Assembly (NCBI GenBank): GCA_037379345.1
Contig: CM074523.1
Span: 9,661,507-9,725,506 of the forward strand
Source of the DNA: Perna viridis
Lineage: Eukaryota
Direction of reading: 5' to 3'
DNA length: 64,000 nt
Shown here: positions 53,015-64,000 of the stretch, piece by piece
Layout of the letters: every line of letters starts with the position of its first letter
How positions within the stretch are numbered: position 1 is the first letter of the stretch
Translations under genes and position numbers: made by a program
Notes under the pieces: model-generated
The model's input: only the letters and a program-made list of their open reading frames with translations
What the model was told of the DNA's origin: nothing
Database searches by the model: none

Positions 53015-55164
53015 GTTTAGTTTAAACAATACTTTATTCAGTATAAAGCTGAAATGGATTGGGCAGCATGCAAATCTTATATAAGCCCTCTCCATGGTAC
53101 AAGATACAAAATTACAATTATCAATATAACACAATATTTGATATATGAATTATTAATCAGTAGACATGTGTCAGCAGAACATGGCCATTTTGGACAATGG
53201 ATTTTAGAGTAACATATGTAAACACAAGTAGTGCAATAGAATATATATTATCTGAATTATTACTAATTATTTGTCACTATATGAAATGACCTATTGCCAC
53301 TGCCTTTTATTACAAAGACACTGTAAGTTTTAATTTCTGAATTAAAGTACCTAGGGTAAGTACATAGGCCAACAGCAGTTATCTTCATCAGTATATTAAT
53401 AGTGTAAATATTGTGTGAGAGAGAGAACAAAACAAAAGTAAGAGTAGTCAAGGAAACCAAGGTTATAGCGGTATTCAAAAGAATGTTATCCAGGAACAAA
53501 AACCAGACATGGAAAACAGACGTACACAACAAAGAAAGAAGAAAGGAATTTCCAAATGAAATGAAAAGGACCATCTACAAGAGAAGGAAAAATACAGATA
53601 TTACTGACACTAGAAATGTAAATAATAAACTATTTGGCAATAGCAGGAAATTTTCATTTTGATGTAAATTGAAAATGAAAATAAAAAGAACAAAGATGTA
53701 AAGTATATACAAACAGTAGGCATAGTTGATGTTTTGAGAAAAAGGTTTACAAAGTCACAATATCATTTTACTAGATGAAAAAGTGTCAAACAAAACTATT
53801 TGAATCTCTAATATACTGATGAACTTGTTTAATAATAAACATGTTGTTCTCATAATTCAAGTTTGGGTCACCAAATACAAGATCAAGATCAATAATCACA
53901 CACATGTGACAGATTTTCAAAAAAGAATGTTTCTAATATCACTATATGCTGGGCAGTCAAAGAAGTAATGAGAATTATCCTCACATGGACTAGAGCAGCA
54001 TGGACAAGAGGGATCATCTACTACGAAATCATGAAACAAGTGATTTTAAACCACTGGCTTCATTTCTCAACTGACAAAGCATGATATTGAAAGTGCTTTG
54101 GTGGAGTATTAGGTTTATATTTTTTATCAAGTTTCACTTTGAAAGAACTATAGATAGTTGGTGAATTCTTAGTTTCATGATCAAGTTCATTCCATAATCT
54201 AATAGTAGCAGGTAAAAAACTATTATAATAAGATGATGTCCTGCATTGAAGCAGAATAAAGTTTTGATCTTCTTGTCGAAAAGCATAACTATGTTGCCTT
54301 GGATATGGAGCAACCATTTCTCGCATGTAATCAGGTGTAAGACCATTTATTATCTTGTAAAATGTTATGTTTATGTTTTCTTTCGCCTGTTGCAAAGTTT
54401 CTCAAGGCCAAGTTCAGCATATAAGAAGGGTCCAAGTACTGAACCTTGTGGTACACCTGCTGCGATACCTTGTGCACTAGAGGCAAAACCATCAAGAACA
54501 ACCTTTTGACACCTATCATTCAAATAGCCAGCAATCCACTGGACAAGATCATGATGAATACCATAAGACTTAAGTTACTGTATTAAGCCCCTGTGCAAAA
54601 CCTTATCAAAGGCTTTAGATATATCGCAGAAAATAAATCTGACATCTTTGCCCTGGTCAAGGTTGGAAATAAAATTATAAATCTCAAGGAGCTGATTCAC
54701 AGTACTATCACCAGGTTGAAACCCTGATTGATATTTAGTAAGTAGGTTATTAAACTTCATGTAGTTGAAAAGGTGCTTAAATAGTATCTTCTCCATAATC
54801 TTCGAAACAATACTAGTAAGAAAAATGGGTCGGTAGTTTAAAGTATCATGAGGACTACCTTTACCCTTATAAATAGGCGTAACATGAGAAATTTTCCAAG
54901 CGTGAGGTATACGTTTCAAACGAAGAGAGCAGTTAAAAAGTTTCGTGAGGGTTTAAATAGCCCCAATATAACCTCTTTCAATACTCGAGGTGAAATACCA
55001 TCAGGACCAGCTGATTTGTTTTGGTCTAAAATCTTCCATTGGTCAAGAACTTCAGTTTCATTAATGATAAATTCCTCCATCATAACTGGAGGATCTGGTA
55101 TATCACCAGGTAACTCAGGTTCATTATCAATCTTTGATATATTACAAAAATGGGTATTAAGTAC
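53015..55164 (-). mobile_element. CR1/L2-group LINE, 5'-truncated, RT core internally deleted
   Basis: GPDGISPRVL, WKISHVTPIYKGKG, NYRPIFLTS, QSGF, FCDISKAFDKV, GVPQGSVLGPFL fused directly to YAELGLEKLCNRR; SFLPATIRLWNEL; C-terminal CPCC...HYFFDCPAY; AATAAA and CTAAA tail at ~53015-53040. Confidence 0.88.
53439..53537 (-). mobile_element. Penelope-like extreme 3' end, copy 6, inside the CR1 3'UTR
   Basis: AAGAGTAGTCAAGGAAACCAAGGTTATAGCGGTA...CACAACAAAGAA. Confidence 0.65.
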
Positions 55165-55199
55165 CTCGAGAACCGATTCGATCTCCGAGTCATTCTTTG

Positions 55200-55428
55200 G
55201 TCAACCTCGGACTTGACATGCTATGAGCAATTCGCCAGGCTACCACCACCGGTACATCTGGTCCATGCTCTCAGTTTTTATAGTGTAATCCGAGTTGTTC
55301 GCCTGTGTTTCTTTGTATTTGTTATGTTGGTTATTTTATTTTCTTTGGTGTGTGTCTGTTTTCTCTGTCTAGAGTTGGATTATATTCTTTTGATTTCCAG
55401 TGGAATCTTGGTTCCGTTGACCACTCTT
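55200..55428 (+). mobile_element. Penelope-like 3' end, diverged copy 7
   Basis: GGACTTGAC..ATGAGCAATTCG..CCGGTACATCTGGTCCATGCTC..CCGAGTTGTTC..CTTGGTTCC. Confidence 0.6.
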
Positions 55429-56407
55429 TCATGTATGTTGTGTTAAATAGTTTAAAGCACAAGTTCAGACTTGTTTCAAGCTTGAATGCTGTGTCCATAT
55501 ATTTCCAACAGTTATTGGCTTAATCTTTGCGTACGATCAAACTACACTGTACACCGTATGGAACAATATTACATATATCTAAATACGCGTAAAATTTAAC
55601 GAAAATGAAAATATATCTATCGGTTTCTTGTGCTACTACACTGTTTGTATATTTTTTGTGTGCTTCAAAAACTGCTGTAAAAATCTCTTAAGTCAGCGAT
55701 CCATTCGTAGGGTTACAGTTGCTGTAACTCAGACCCCAAGACATTTGGTGTTAAATTATGCATACTCATCTTAATTAGTTTGGAATTTTAATATATCTCC
55801 CGGACTTTGGTAATTAATCAAGCTTAGTGGCAATGTATGGGGTTGAGTCAGTTACTGTTCAGATTTTTTCCCGGCCTGTACAGGTCTTTATTTGTGTAGA
55901 TATAATGTATTTCACCTAATATAATAGTCCATTACAAATTGGCAAACCATTCTTGACAGACCAACACGTGTTCCGAACTTTCATTAAATGTAAATTTCGA
56001 TATCAATTTCAACAATTAGCGTCAATTTCGAAACTTACATATGATGGAGATTAATGGCTACAGAAATGAACCCCGTTGAATTATCACTTGTCGTCGGTCA
56101 ACTTCGGGGTGAAGATTGGTTGTGTGTTTACAGTACACGCAAATTATTCATAAAATATTTAGTATGAATTTTAAAGCCTTCTGTCTGCGAAAGGAAGTGA
56201 TCAATCAAGTGTGTCTTAAATGTCCCTTTAAGTGTCATTTGTAAAGCCGTCTTCATTTTCCAAGATTTTTCCGGGGATGAGCCCCGGACGTTGGAACTCT
56301 CCCTTTCGTTGGAAAATTTTGTTCATTTTCATGCAAAATCTATGAAAAAATGGGCAAATATTAGCCAGGAACCATAGACCTAAAACATCCTTGTCCTATC
56401 ATGGACC

Positions 56408-56969
56408 TATGACAAGCCAAAGTGGACAAAAATCAATATTTTATAATATTAGAAAATGAATTTCTAATATTACAAAAACATTTTTTTAATATTAGAAATT
56501 CATTTCGTAATATTAAAAATTCATTTTCTAATATTACAAATTCCTGATTTAGTAATAGTATAAAACATCAGACATTTTGTAATATTACAAACTGAATATG
56601 TAATATTACAAATTGAATATGTAATATTAGAAAATGAATTTGTAATATTAGAAAATCACTTTGCAATATTGCAAAATCAGACACATTTTTTAATATTACA
56701 AAATGATTGTCTAATATTAAAAAATAGTAATTGAATACAAGAAGTCCATTTTCTAATATTAGAAAATCAATTTCTAATATTAAGAAATCGATTTTTAATA
56801 TTAGAAATTCAATCGATTTTTTAATATTAAAAAGAGTTTTGTAATATTAGAAATCTAATTTGTAAAATTAGAAAATGAATTTGTAATATTAGAAAATGAA
56901 TTTGTAATATTAAAAAATCATTTTTTAATATTAGAAAATACTTATTTTTGTCCACTTTGGCTTGGCATA
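56408..56969. mobile_element. Foldback-type MITE, 26-bp TIR, 6-bp TSD (TGGACC), internal ~21-bp repeats
   Basis: TATGACAAGCCAAAGTGGACAAAAAT / ATTTTTGTCCACTTTGGCTTGGCATA (25/26). TGGACC at 56402-56407 and 56970-56975. Confidence 0.92.
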
Positions 56970-57284
56970 TGGACCGGTATCCTATCATCTGTTGTAATTA
57001 TTTTCGTAATTGTAGAATAAGTGCATGGTAAATATTGTTATTGTATGTCTTAGTGTATCACAAGCAAGGAAGCACTCCTTTTATATATGCGACAAGGTCC
57101 TTTTTTCACATATATGTTGTCTTATGTAGTACATTAACTAGCAAACTTGCACCTTGATTAGGGTCATTAAACAAGAGGTCAACTTCCGGAACAGCAGGGA
57201 CTGTTAATTATCCGAAGTTAGATTTGCGGTAAAAAATTGTCGTTTCACTCCCCTGCATAGTAAATATCGCCCGTCAAGTATGAC

Positions 57285-57822
57285 AAGAGTAATCAATGGA
57301 ACCAAGGTTACAGCGGTAATCAAAAGAATGTAATTCAGGGACAAAGACCAGACATGGAAAACAGACATACACAACAAAGAACGCAAAATAACAAAAGGAA
57401 AATGAGCAACTCGGACTCCACTAAAAACTGGGAACATGGACCAGGTGCACCGGTAGGGTAAGCGTCCTCTGCTTTTCTAGAAACACCCGCCGAGTTGTTC
57501 ATAAAAAGTCAAGTCCGGGGTAGACAAACGAGAAAAAGAAAACTATGACACGTTGAATAAATCCGTTTTCATGGTGCAGATGGATACACCATAACGATCC
57601 ACGAGTTCATGATGACGACCATAAAACTTCTGTAGTGATGACTTCAATCATGTAGCATCATAATCCTGTTCCAGAAGCCTATTTGTTAGAGTTCTATGTT
57701 GTTCTGGCAAGTTCTGGCATAACATATGAGTTGTTATATGAACACGCCATACGCATGTGCTGAAGTGATGTTGCCACAGATGAAAGGAAAGTTGTCAATT
57801 CTGAATGAAAAGTCATCACGTT
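57285..57822 (-). mobile_element. Penelope-like element copy 8 with RT C-terminus
   Basis: Colinear with 47239-47820, with small deletions. Confidence 0.75.
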
Positions 57823-59204
57823 GAGGCTGCTTGAGCTGCGCTTCCTAATTTTTCTTGTAGAAAAATAGAGGGACACTCAACAACATTGTTTTAGCAAGTT
57901 AGTTAAAACACTCAGTTTAACATTGGCAATAGAAAAATCTGTTAATTATTCTCTATATCCTGGTAAATACATAATATATCCTTCTCCATTAGCTTTGCAA
58001 CAAAGACTTGGCCACGATTACTAATATTCTTCCATTTTCTTTTTTTTTCAATGATAGATAGCCCGTGATAGACAGGTGCACACCACTGTGTCTAATGTGT
58101 AAATAGCCAATTGCAACGGTCAAAGTAGGAATAGTCAAGTAAAGTTTAGAGGGTCAAATTCGGTCAATGATTAAATTATCCAACTTTTTGTAGGTAGGTC
58201 CTTATCTTTTTATGTTCAAATTCAAATTATAACTAAACTAAAGAATTAATTACTATTTTATGGAATTTTCAGGGTGATTACTGTAAATCCCACGTGGTTA
58301 ATCGGCGCCCAGTAATACCAAACATATTTTATGCAAATTATGTATTTAGAGCTTTCTTGTGATTCTGCAGCTTTTGGTTGTAAAACAGTTCTTACTCTCG
58401 ATCATCATTTATTGAAGTCATCTGGGGTTTCTTCCAGGAGAATTAGGAATCCTAGATCATCAATAGAGACTCGTGTAAGAACCTGTTAAACAATCTACTC
58501 CTGACATACAGTAACCATGGCAACTGCCTTGTACTTGATTTAATTAAGATGTTGAAGATTTTTTGGGACTAACTCTTATTTCTGCATATTTAATGAACTT
58601 CCTGCTTGAAATGACCAATAATCTGCTTATAAAAGTAAAGTGCACTGTAATCACAAGGCTTATATAAATTCCCTGATCTTTGAAATTACCAAGGTTGTAT
58701 TTTTAATCAAAGAAGTAAAAAATGCTCAGAAATTACAATTCATGACAAAAATATCCAGTGGCAGATTCAGGGGTTCTAGGAGTTCAACACTTTTAGTTGG
58801 AATTTTTTTTATTTTATGCAAAATGAGAGATTGATAGCCTGGAACCCCTCCATCTTTTATAAATACATGTATCTGGACCCCTCAGTGAAGTCAGTGTGAG
58901 CAATGCTGTTTGATGGAATGAAGTCCAGTTTCAGTGATAATCTTAAACAGGCAAAATTATTCCACATGAATTTCACATAACTTTTATCTGAATTAAACAA
59001 ATAAAATTTGTGATAGAGTTCACATAGATTCATATGAATCAGCCTTTCACACTAACTTCATATAAAATTTATGTCAGTCTTTAATAATGCTCCTATTGCC
59101 TCACTTCACCTATCCTCCAATATGCCTGCTTTCACATGAGGACTTAAATCTATGAATTTCATTTGAACAATATTTGCCAGGTTGTGTTGACTGTTTAATA
59201 TAAT

Positions 59205-59445
59205 AACAGCCTCAGAGGTCACATTCTAGCTTGCTCACCTCCAATATGGAAGGTCGTGGGATCGATCCATGGCCAAGTCATCCCCGAAGATTTTAAAATT
59301 AGTAGTCACTACATGTTCACCACGTGCAAGGCATGTAGAAGTTCTAGTGATGATTGGTTGGCAGAGAGTCAGAAGAATCTGTCCAAGTGAGATGACATTC
59401 TTACCTGTAAGCTGCTGATTCTATTAGCTAGTACAATAAAACAAC
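59205..59445 (+). mobile_element. Degenerate tRNA-derived SINE
   Basis: B-box-like GGGATCGATCC at ~59258, followed by GTCATCCCCGAAGATTTTAAAATTAGTAGT and GGTTGGCAGAGAGTCAGAAGAATCTGTCCAAGTG blocks recalled from mollusc SINE cores. Confidence 0.5.
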
Positions 59446-59944
59446 AACAAATTAATATGGGGTTAAACTAGTACAAAAACAGGGTTTGTCTGCATGCTTG
59501 ATCAAAAGTTATTGTCTAGAAATACATGAAATTTTATGACATCTTCTGTATTATTTTGACTACTGATTATACCAAGTTAGCTATCTTGTGCTTCTTTTTG
59601 TATTGCAATATACTAGGAAAAACCTTATTAAAGCAGAAGGTTTAGCGTACTAAAAGACCTAGTTTAACCCTCCATTCCAATCGGAAATGTCTGTACCAAG
59701 ACGACCATTGCCACTGTTTCTATCGTCTGAATTTTTGCATTGAAATTGTTTATACGGGCTTCCCTTTTGACCATTGCCTAGAGGTTATCAGTTTGATATT
59801 TTTGTTTATATCCTTTATTTATTCCATAGTATGTTAAAAAAAGCACACAAGCTGTTAGATATTTATAAAAAACAATCATTTTTTCCTCTTATATGATTTT
59901 ATGTTGTAAGCTAATACATGTGATTTTTTTATATTTCAAGATAG

Positions 59945-60111
59945 ACCCATGCTCAGACAAGAGATACTCAGTAATAGATGACTACCGACGTTCCCCAACT
60001 TCATACTATGATTTGTCAGAGCATCGTTTGTGTGACAACAGGATACGCCAAGGCTGGTATAGGTTAAAGGTTAATGGTACTGATGCACAGATTCCTACCC
60101 AATGTGTGAAG
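59945..60111 (+). CDS. D8C (uromodulin/GP2/OIT3-like) domain exon, N-terminal half; VWDE-like secreted protein
   Basis: DPCSDKRYSVIDDYRRS...CDNRIRQGWYRLKVNGTDAQIPTQCVK. Acceptor TAG at 59944 (alternative AAG at 59940); donor GTTGGT at 60112, phase 0. Confidence 0.85.
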
Positions 60112-60529
60112 GTTGGTATAGGTTAAAGGTCAATGTTACTGATGCACAGATTCCTACCCAATGTGTTAAGGTTGGTATTGGTTAAAAGTTAATGGTACTG
60201 ATGCACATATTCCCACCCACTTTGTGAAGGTGTGAAGGTGTTTATTGGTTAAAGGTCAATGGGAATGATGCACAGATATCTACCCAATGTGTCAAGGTTG
60301 TATAGGTTAAAAGTTAATTGTATTGATGCACAGATTCCTACCCAATGTGTGAAGGTTGGTATAGGTTAAAGGTCAATGTTACTGATGCAGATTCCTACCC
60401 AATTTGTTAAGGTTGGTATATGTTAAAGGTCAATGTTACTGATGCACAGATTCCTACCCAATGTGTGAAGGTTGGTATAGGTTAAAGGTCAATGTTACTG
60501 ATGCACAGATTCCTACCCAATGTGTTAAG
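60053..60529 (+). repeat. 59-bp tandem repeat x8 made from the exon 3' end
   Basis: Unit GTTGGTATAGGTTAAAGGTCAATGTTACTGATGCACAGATTCCTACCCAATGTGTGAAG; the first unit is coding. Confidence 0.95.
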
Positions 60530-61104
60530 GTATGTACATGCAATCTATATGTTGTGGTTTATACCAGGTAAATTTACTGCAAACCAGAGTTAATTTTGCA
60601 ATAGACATGAACAAAATATTAATATAGAGACCTGGATATTCTTTAAATAGAACATTATATATAGTATGATTTGATTTATCGACAAAAAATATGAAAGGGC
60701 CAGCAGTGGCATGATTCAAATATTTGAAAATAAAAAAAAAAACATGGCCTAGATGTGAACACACAAAACAGAGATGATCTACATTCACAATGTAGTGAAC
60801 ATAACAAAAAAGATTGCACACAAGACCAAAGATAAGGGAAACAAGACACCACATGAATATTGCAGATTTAATAGACTTTGTGAATGTGAATTGATGGTAA
60901 AACCATAAAAGAAGACAGTGCTAAATATTTCCTCTTTACAGAATTGTAACATGAAATGAAATTTTTGCAGGATCATTGCATATGTATTTATACACACCAA
61001 GCCTTCTCTTTTAGAAATCAGGTTTGTTAGTGGTCACAGCTTTTAGAATTAGTACACTACCAAAGTTTATGTGTGTACAATTATTGTTTTATTCTTAATT
61101 ACAG

Positions 61105-61330
61105 AAAGGTTGTGGGACCCGCGCACCCATTTGGATGAAACCACCAAAGAATGGTTTACCAACACCAGGAAGAAAGGCCAGAACACATGCATGTGCTTCT
61201 TTCAATGTGCCTGGGAGTGAGACCAAATGCTGTGGGCTAAAGTTTCCGATTACTGTCAAAAATTGTGGGACATATTTTGTCTACCGCCTTCGTAGTACTA
61301 AAGGTTGTGATCTGGCTTACTGCACAGAAG
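61105..61330 (+). CDS. D8C domain exon, C-terminal half
   Basis: TTACAG acceptor; KGCGTRAPIWM...ACASF...CCGLKFPITVKNCGTYFVYRLRSTKGCDLAYCTE; donor GTATAT at 61331, phase 1. Confidence 0.92.
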
Positions 61331-62024
61331 GTATATAGGTGTAATCATTTCAGTTTTGTGAGCCCACTTTTTAAGGGGATATGTTGTGGTGTTATATTAT
61401 CTGTCCGTCTGTTCTATCCATACATAACTCAAAAATGATTTGATGGATTTTAATGAATTTTTGATACAATGTTCATCATCTGAAAATAATAATAAGGAAG
61501 CTCTCTTCGTTTTCAGTTTTTCATTATTTTTTTCATTCCATTTAATGACGTTTTACTACTTTATTATACCCCTTGCAACCCATAGAACACTTTGAACATC
61601 TGTTTGTCTGTCTGTTTGTCTATCCACACGTCTTTTGTGCACATAAAGGGAGGTAATCTAACTTGAGTGTTCGAGATGTTGCCAATGTGGAGCTTATATT
61701 CCTAGTTTTTAATGATAAGTCCTATAACTTATGAAATGGACTAAATCTGGCACTGTACCCACACAAGTAGTCCATTGTTATATGATTTCTTTTATTCAGT
61801 GATTGAAAAAGGTTGTGGAATTGATCAAGTCTATGTTCTTCACCTGCAGAAATGTGTGGGTAAGTACATGTAAAGGAGGAGATAAGTAAAGGTAATGAAT
61901 TGGCCAGATCATATCTGTGGTCTATTTTTAGAGGTACTCTAAAGGATTTAAGGGTACTCCTCACCTGGAGGTTTCCCGCGCGCACAATACTCAAAAACAT
62001 GCTAAACGCTCACCCAACACATGA

Positions 62025-62495
62025 TAAACGAATGCTCCTATCGTGCGTTTAAACGCAGGATAAACAAATGCTCCCAATGAGCGTTTTAAGGCACGATACC
62101 CAACGCTCCCAGCAGGTGTTTAAATGTACTATAGATGAACGATGAAAAATAATAATATTTACAAATAATGAAGAAAGAATAAGTAGAAAATTGAATGAAT
62201 GAAAATATATAAATTAATAATGGCAAAAATGTATAACTTACAGTTGAATCAAGGAAATAATTGAAGTACAAAAATAAATGCTTCTATCGTGCTTTTAAAC
62301 GAATGCTTCTATCGTGCTTTTAAACAAACGCTCATATCGTGCGTTTAAACGAACGCTATTTTCATGCATTTATTTAAACAGACGCTTCCAGCATGCGTTT
62401 AAACAAACGTTTCTATCATGCCATTAAACGAATGCTCCTATCCTGTGTTTAAATGAACGCTTCTATCGTGTGTTAATCACACGTTTAAATGAACG
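62025..62495. repeat. Degenerate 25-bp tandem repeats (two blocks), probably the interior of a non-autonomous DNA transposon
   Basis: Unit AAACGAATGCTTCTATCGTGCTTTT. Confidence 0.8.
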
Positions 62496-62965
62496 CAAAA
62501 CGATGTGAAAACGCACCATAAATGATGCACAAACACTAAAATAGGAAACGTTTCAAGGAGTGTAAAAGAAGTAATATTAAGATTTATGAATGTCTAGATA
62601 AAGAGTATGTTCTCTACTTTCTGAAATGTGTTGGCAATTACATTTAAAGGAGACAATACCTAAAAAAAATGCCATATCTTGTCTGTGTTCTATATCTGCA
62701 ATTGTGTGGTTTATTCTATTAATAGGAGGTGGTATATTAAGATTTATGGCTTACCACAATATGAAGTTTTAATCTTAAGGTAGCTGCATATAAGAAGAAT
62801 TGGTATGTTTAGAAATTTAAATTGGCAAGATTAAGTTCATTAAGTTAAATGGTGTATTTGAATAGAAAAGTAAAAATTGTCTCACAAAGTTTTGTTTCAT
62901 ACAACAGAAATGTGTTAGAAATTACATGTATCTACCTTGGTAATTTATATTAATATATGTTGCAG

Positions 62966-63198
62966 ATATAAAAGTACAGATATCAAAACCTAAATTACAT
63001 GTGAAACAATACCCTGATCGTGTGTCAATTGTGTGTTTGTTTAATGTACACAATATAACAGTTTACCAGCACAAACCAACCTTCCTTGTGACATGGGTCA
63101 GAATGAGAAGTGGTGTATCATCAATCATCAGGTTCAAATTCATAACTGGCACAAAAGATCAAATTGTTCTGGGAAAAGATGTCTACACTGGGGACATG
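62966..63198 (+). CDS. Ig-like domain exon of the VWDE-like gene
   Basis: TTGCAG acceptor with phase 1 matching the previous exon; DIKVQISKPKLHV...SIVCLF...FLVTW...VYTGDM; GTAAGG donor at 63199. The window ends on a likely next acceptor (CCACAG at 64000). Confidence 0.8.
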
Positions 63199-63288
63199 GT
63201 AAGGATTATATTTTCCTTAATTTTCACTCAACTATAAGCTAATGGGTGATATGTTTGAAACACTGTATCTGTTTTTCTCAAGCTTGAC

Positions 63289-63796
63289 TGAGCAACTTGG
63301 CGGGTGTTTCTAGAAAAGCAGATGATGCTTACCCTACCGGTGCACCTGGTCCATGCTCCCAGTTTTTAGTGGAGTCCAAGTTGCTCATTTACTTTTGTTA
63401 CTTTGTATGTATGATTTTAGTTACTTTATGTTCTTTGTTGTGTATGTCTGTTTTCCATGTCTGGTCTTTGTCCCTGGATTACATTCTTTTGATTACCGCT
63501 ATAACCTTGGTTCCCTTGATTACTCTTTGATTACCGCTATAACCTTGGTTCCCTTGCTTACTCTTTGATAACTGCTATAACCTAGGTTCCCTTGATACTC
63601 TTTGATTACTGCTATAACCTTGGTTCCCTGGATTACTCTTTGATTACTGCTACAACCTTGGTTCCCTTGATTACTCTTTGATTACCACTATAAACTTGGT
63701 TCCCTTGATTACTCTTTGATTACCGTTATAACCTTGATTCCCTTGATTACTCTTTGATTACCACTATAACCTTGATTCCCTTGATTACTCTTTGAC
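63289..63796 (+). mobile_element. Penelope-like 3' end, copy 9, with terminal 38 bp reiterated x8
   Basis: Same 3' region as copy 4. TTTGATTACCGCTATAACCTTGGTTCCCTTGATTACTC is repeated from 63488 to 63790. Confidence 0.8.
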
Positions 63797-64000
63797 TCCC
63801 AATCCATGCATTTTGATTTTACCAGTGTTTACCTTAAATTGAAGTGAAAGTTAACTATAATTTTAAGTTAACTGAATTTAAGATTCGGTTAACATGCTGT
63901 CTACAGCAAGGCTGGTGTATTAATACTTTAATATTATTATGTAAACTGTTAATAGGCTTGAAAAACAGTAACTTTCAATTGTTAATATGTTTACCCACAG

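Noticed and set aside
58058-58075. Micro-exon after a strong pyrimidine tract in the long intron
   Set aside because: Weak donor, and a TGA/TAG falls in the phase-1 frames I tried.

Overview
AT-rich, repeat-dense eukaryotic DNA. The repeat families and the host gene suggest an invertebrate, probably a bivalve mollusc (inference). (1) 1-17653 is a head-to-tail array of at least three dead BEL/Pao LTR retrotransposons on the minus strand (~7.11 kb period) that share LTRs. The middle LTR is a recombinant of the outer two. (2) ~19.1-29.4 kb is a decayed Gypsy element with a chromodomain-like integrase tail, split by a 6.3 kb TA-target TIR transposon that carries a MULE transposase fragment. (3) Scattered repeats include nine 3'-end copies of a Penelope-like (Naiad-type) retroelement, RTE and CR1 fragments, MITEs, a SINE and mini/microsatellites. 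(4) The plus strand carries four exons of a secreted D8C(uromodulin/GP2/OIT3)-domain + Ig-like (VWDE-like) gene that continues beyond the window. Top candidate for a new system: the BEL element has no tRNA primer-binding site. Its LTR instead contains a canonical GT-AG intron whose splice junction would create an 11-nt sequence exactly complementary to the 11 nt next to the LTR, suggesting splicing-dependent self-priming of reverse transcription. All alignments and counts were made by eye; family names come from recalled motifs, not database searches.
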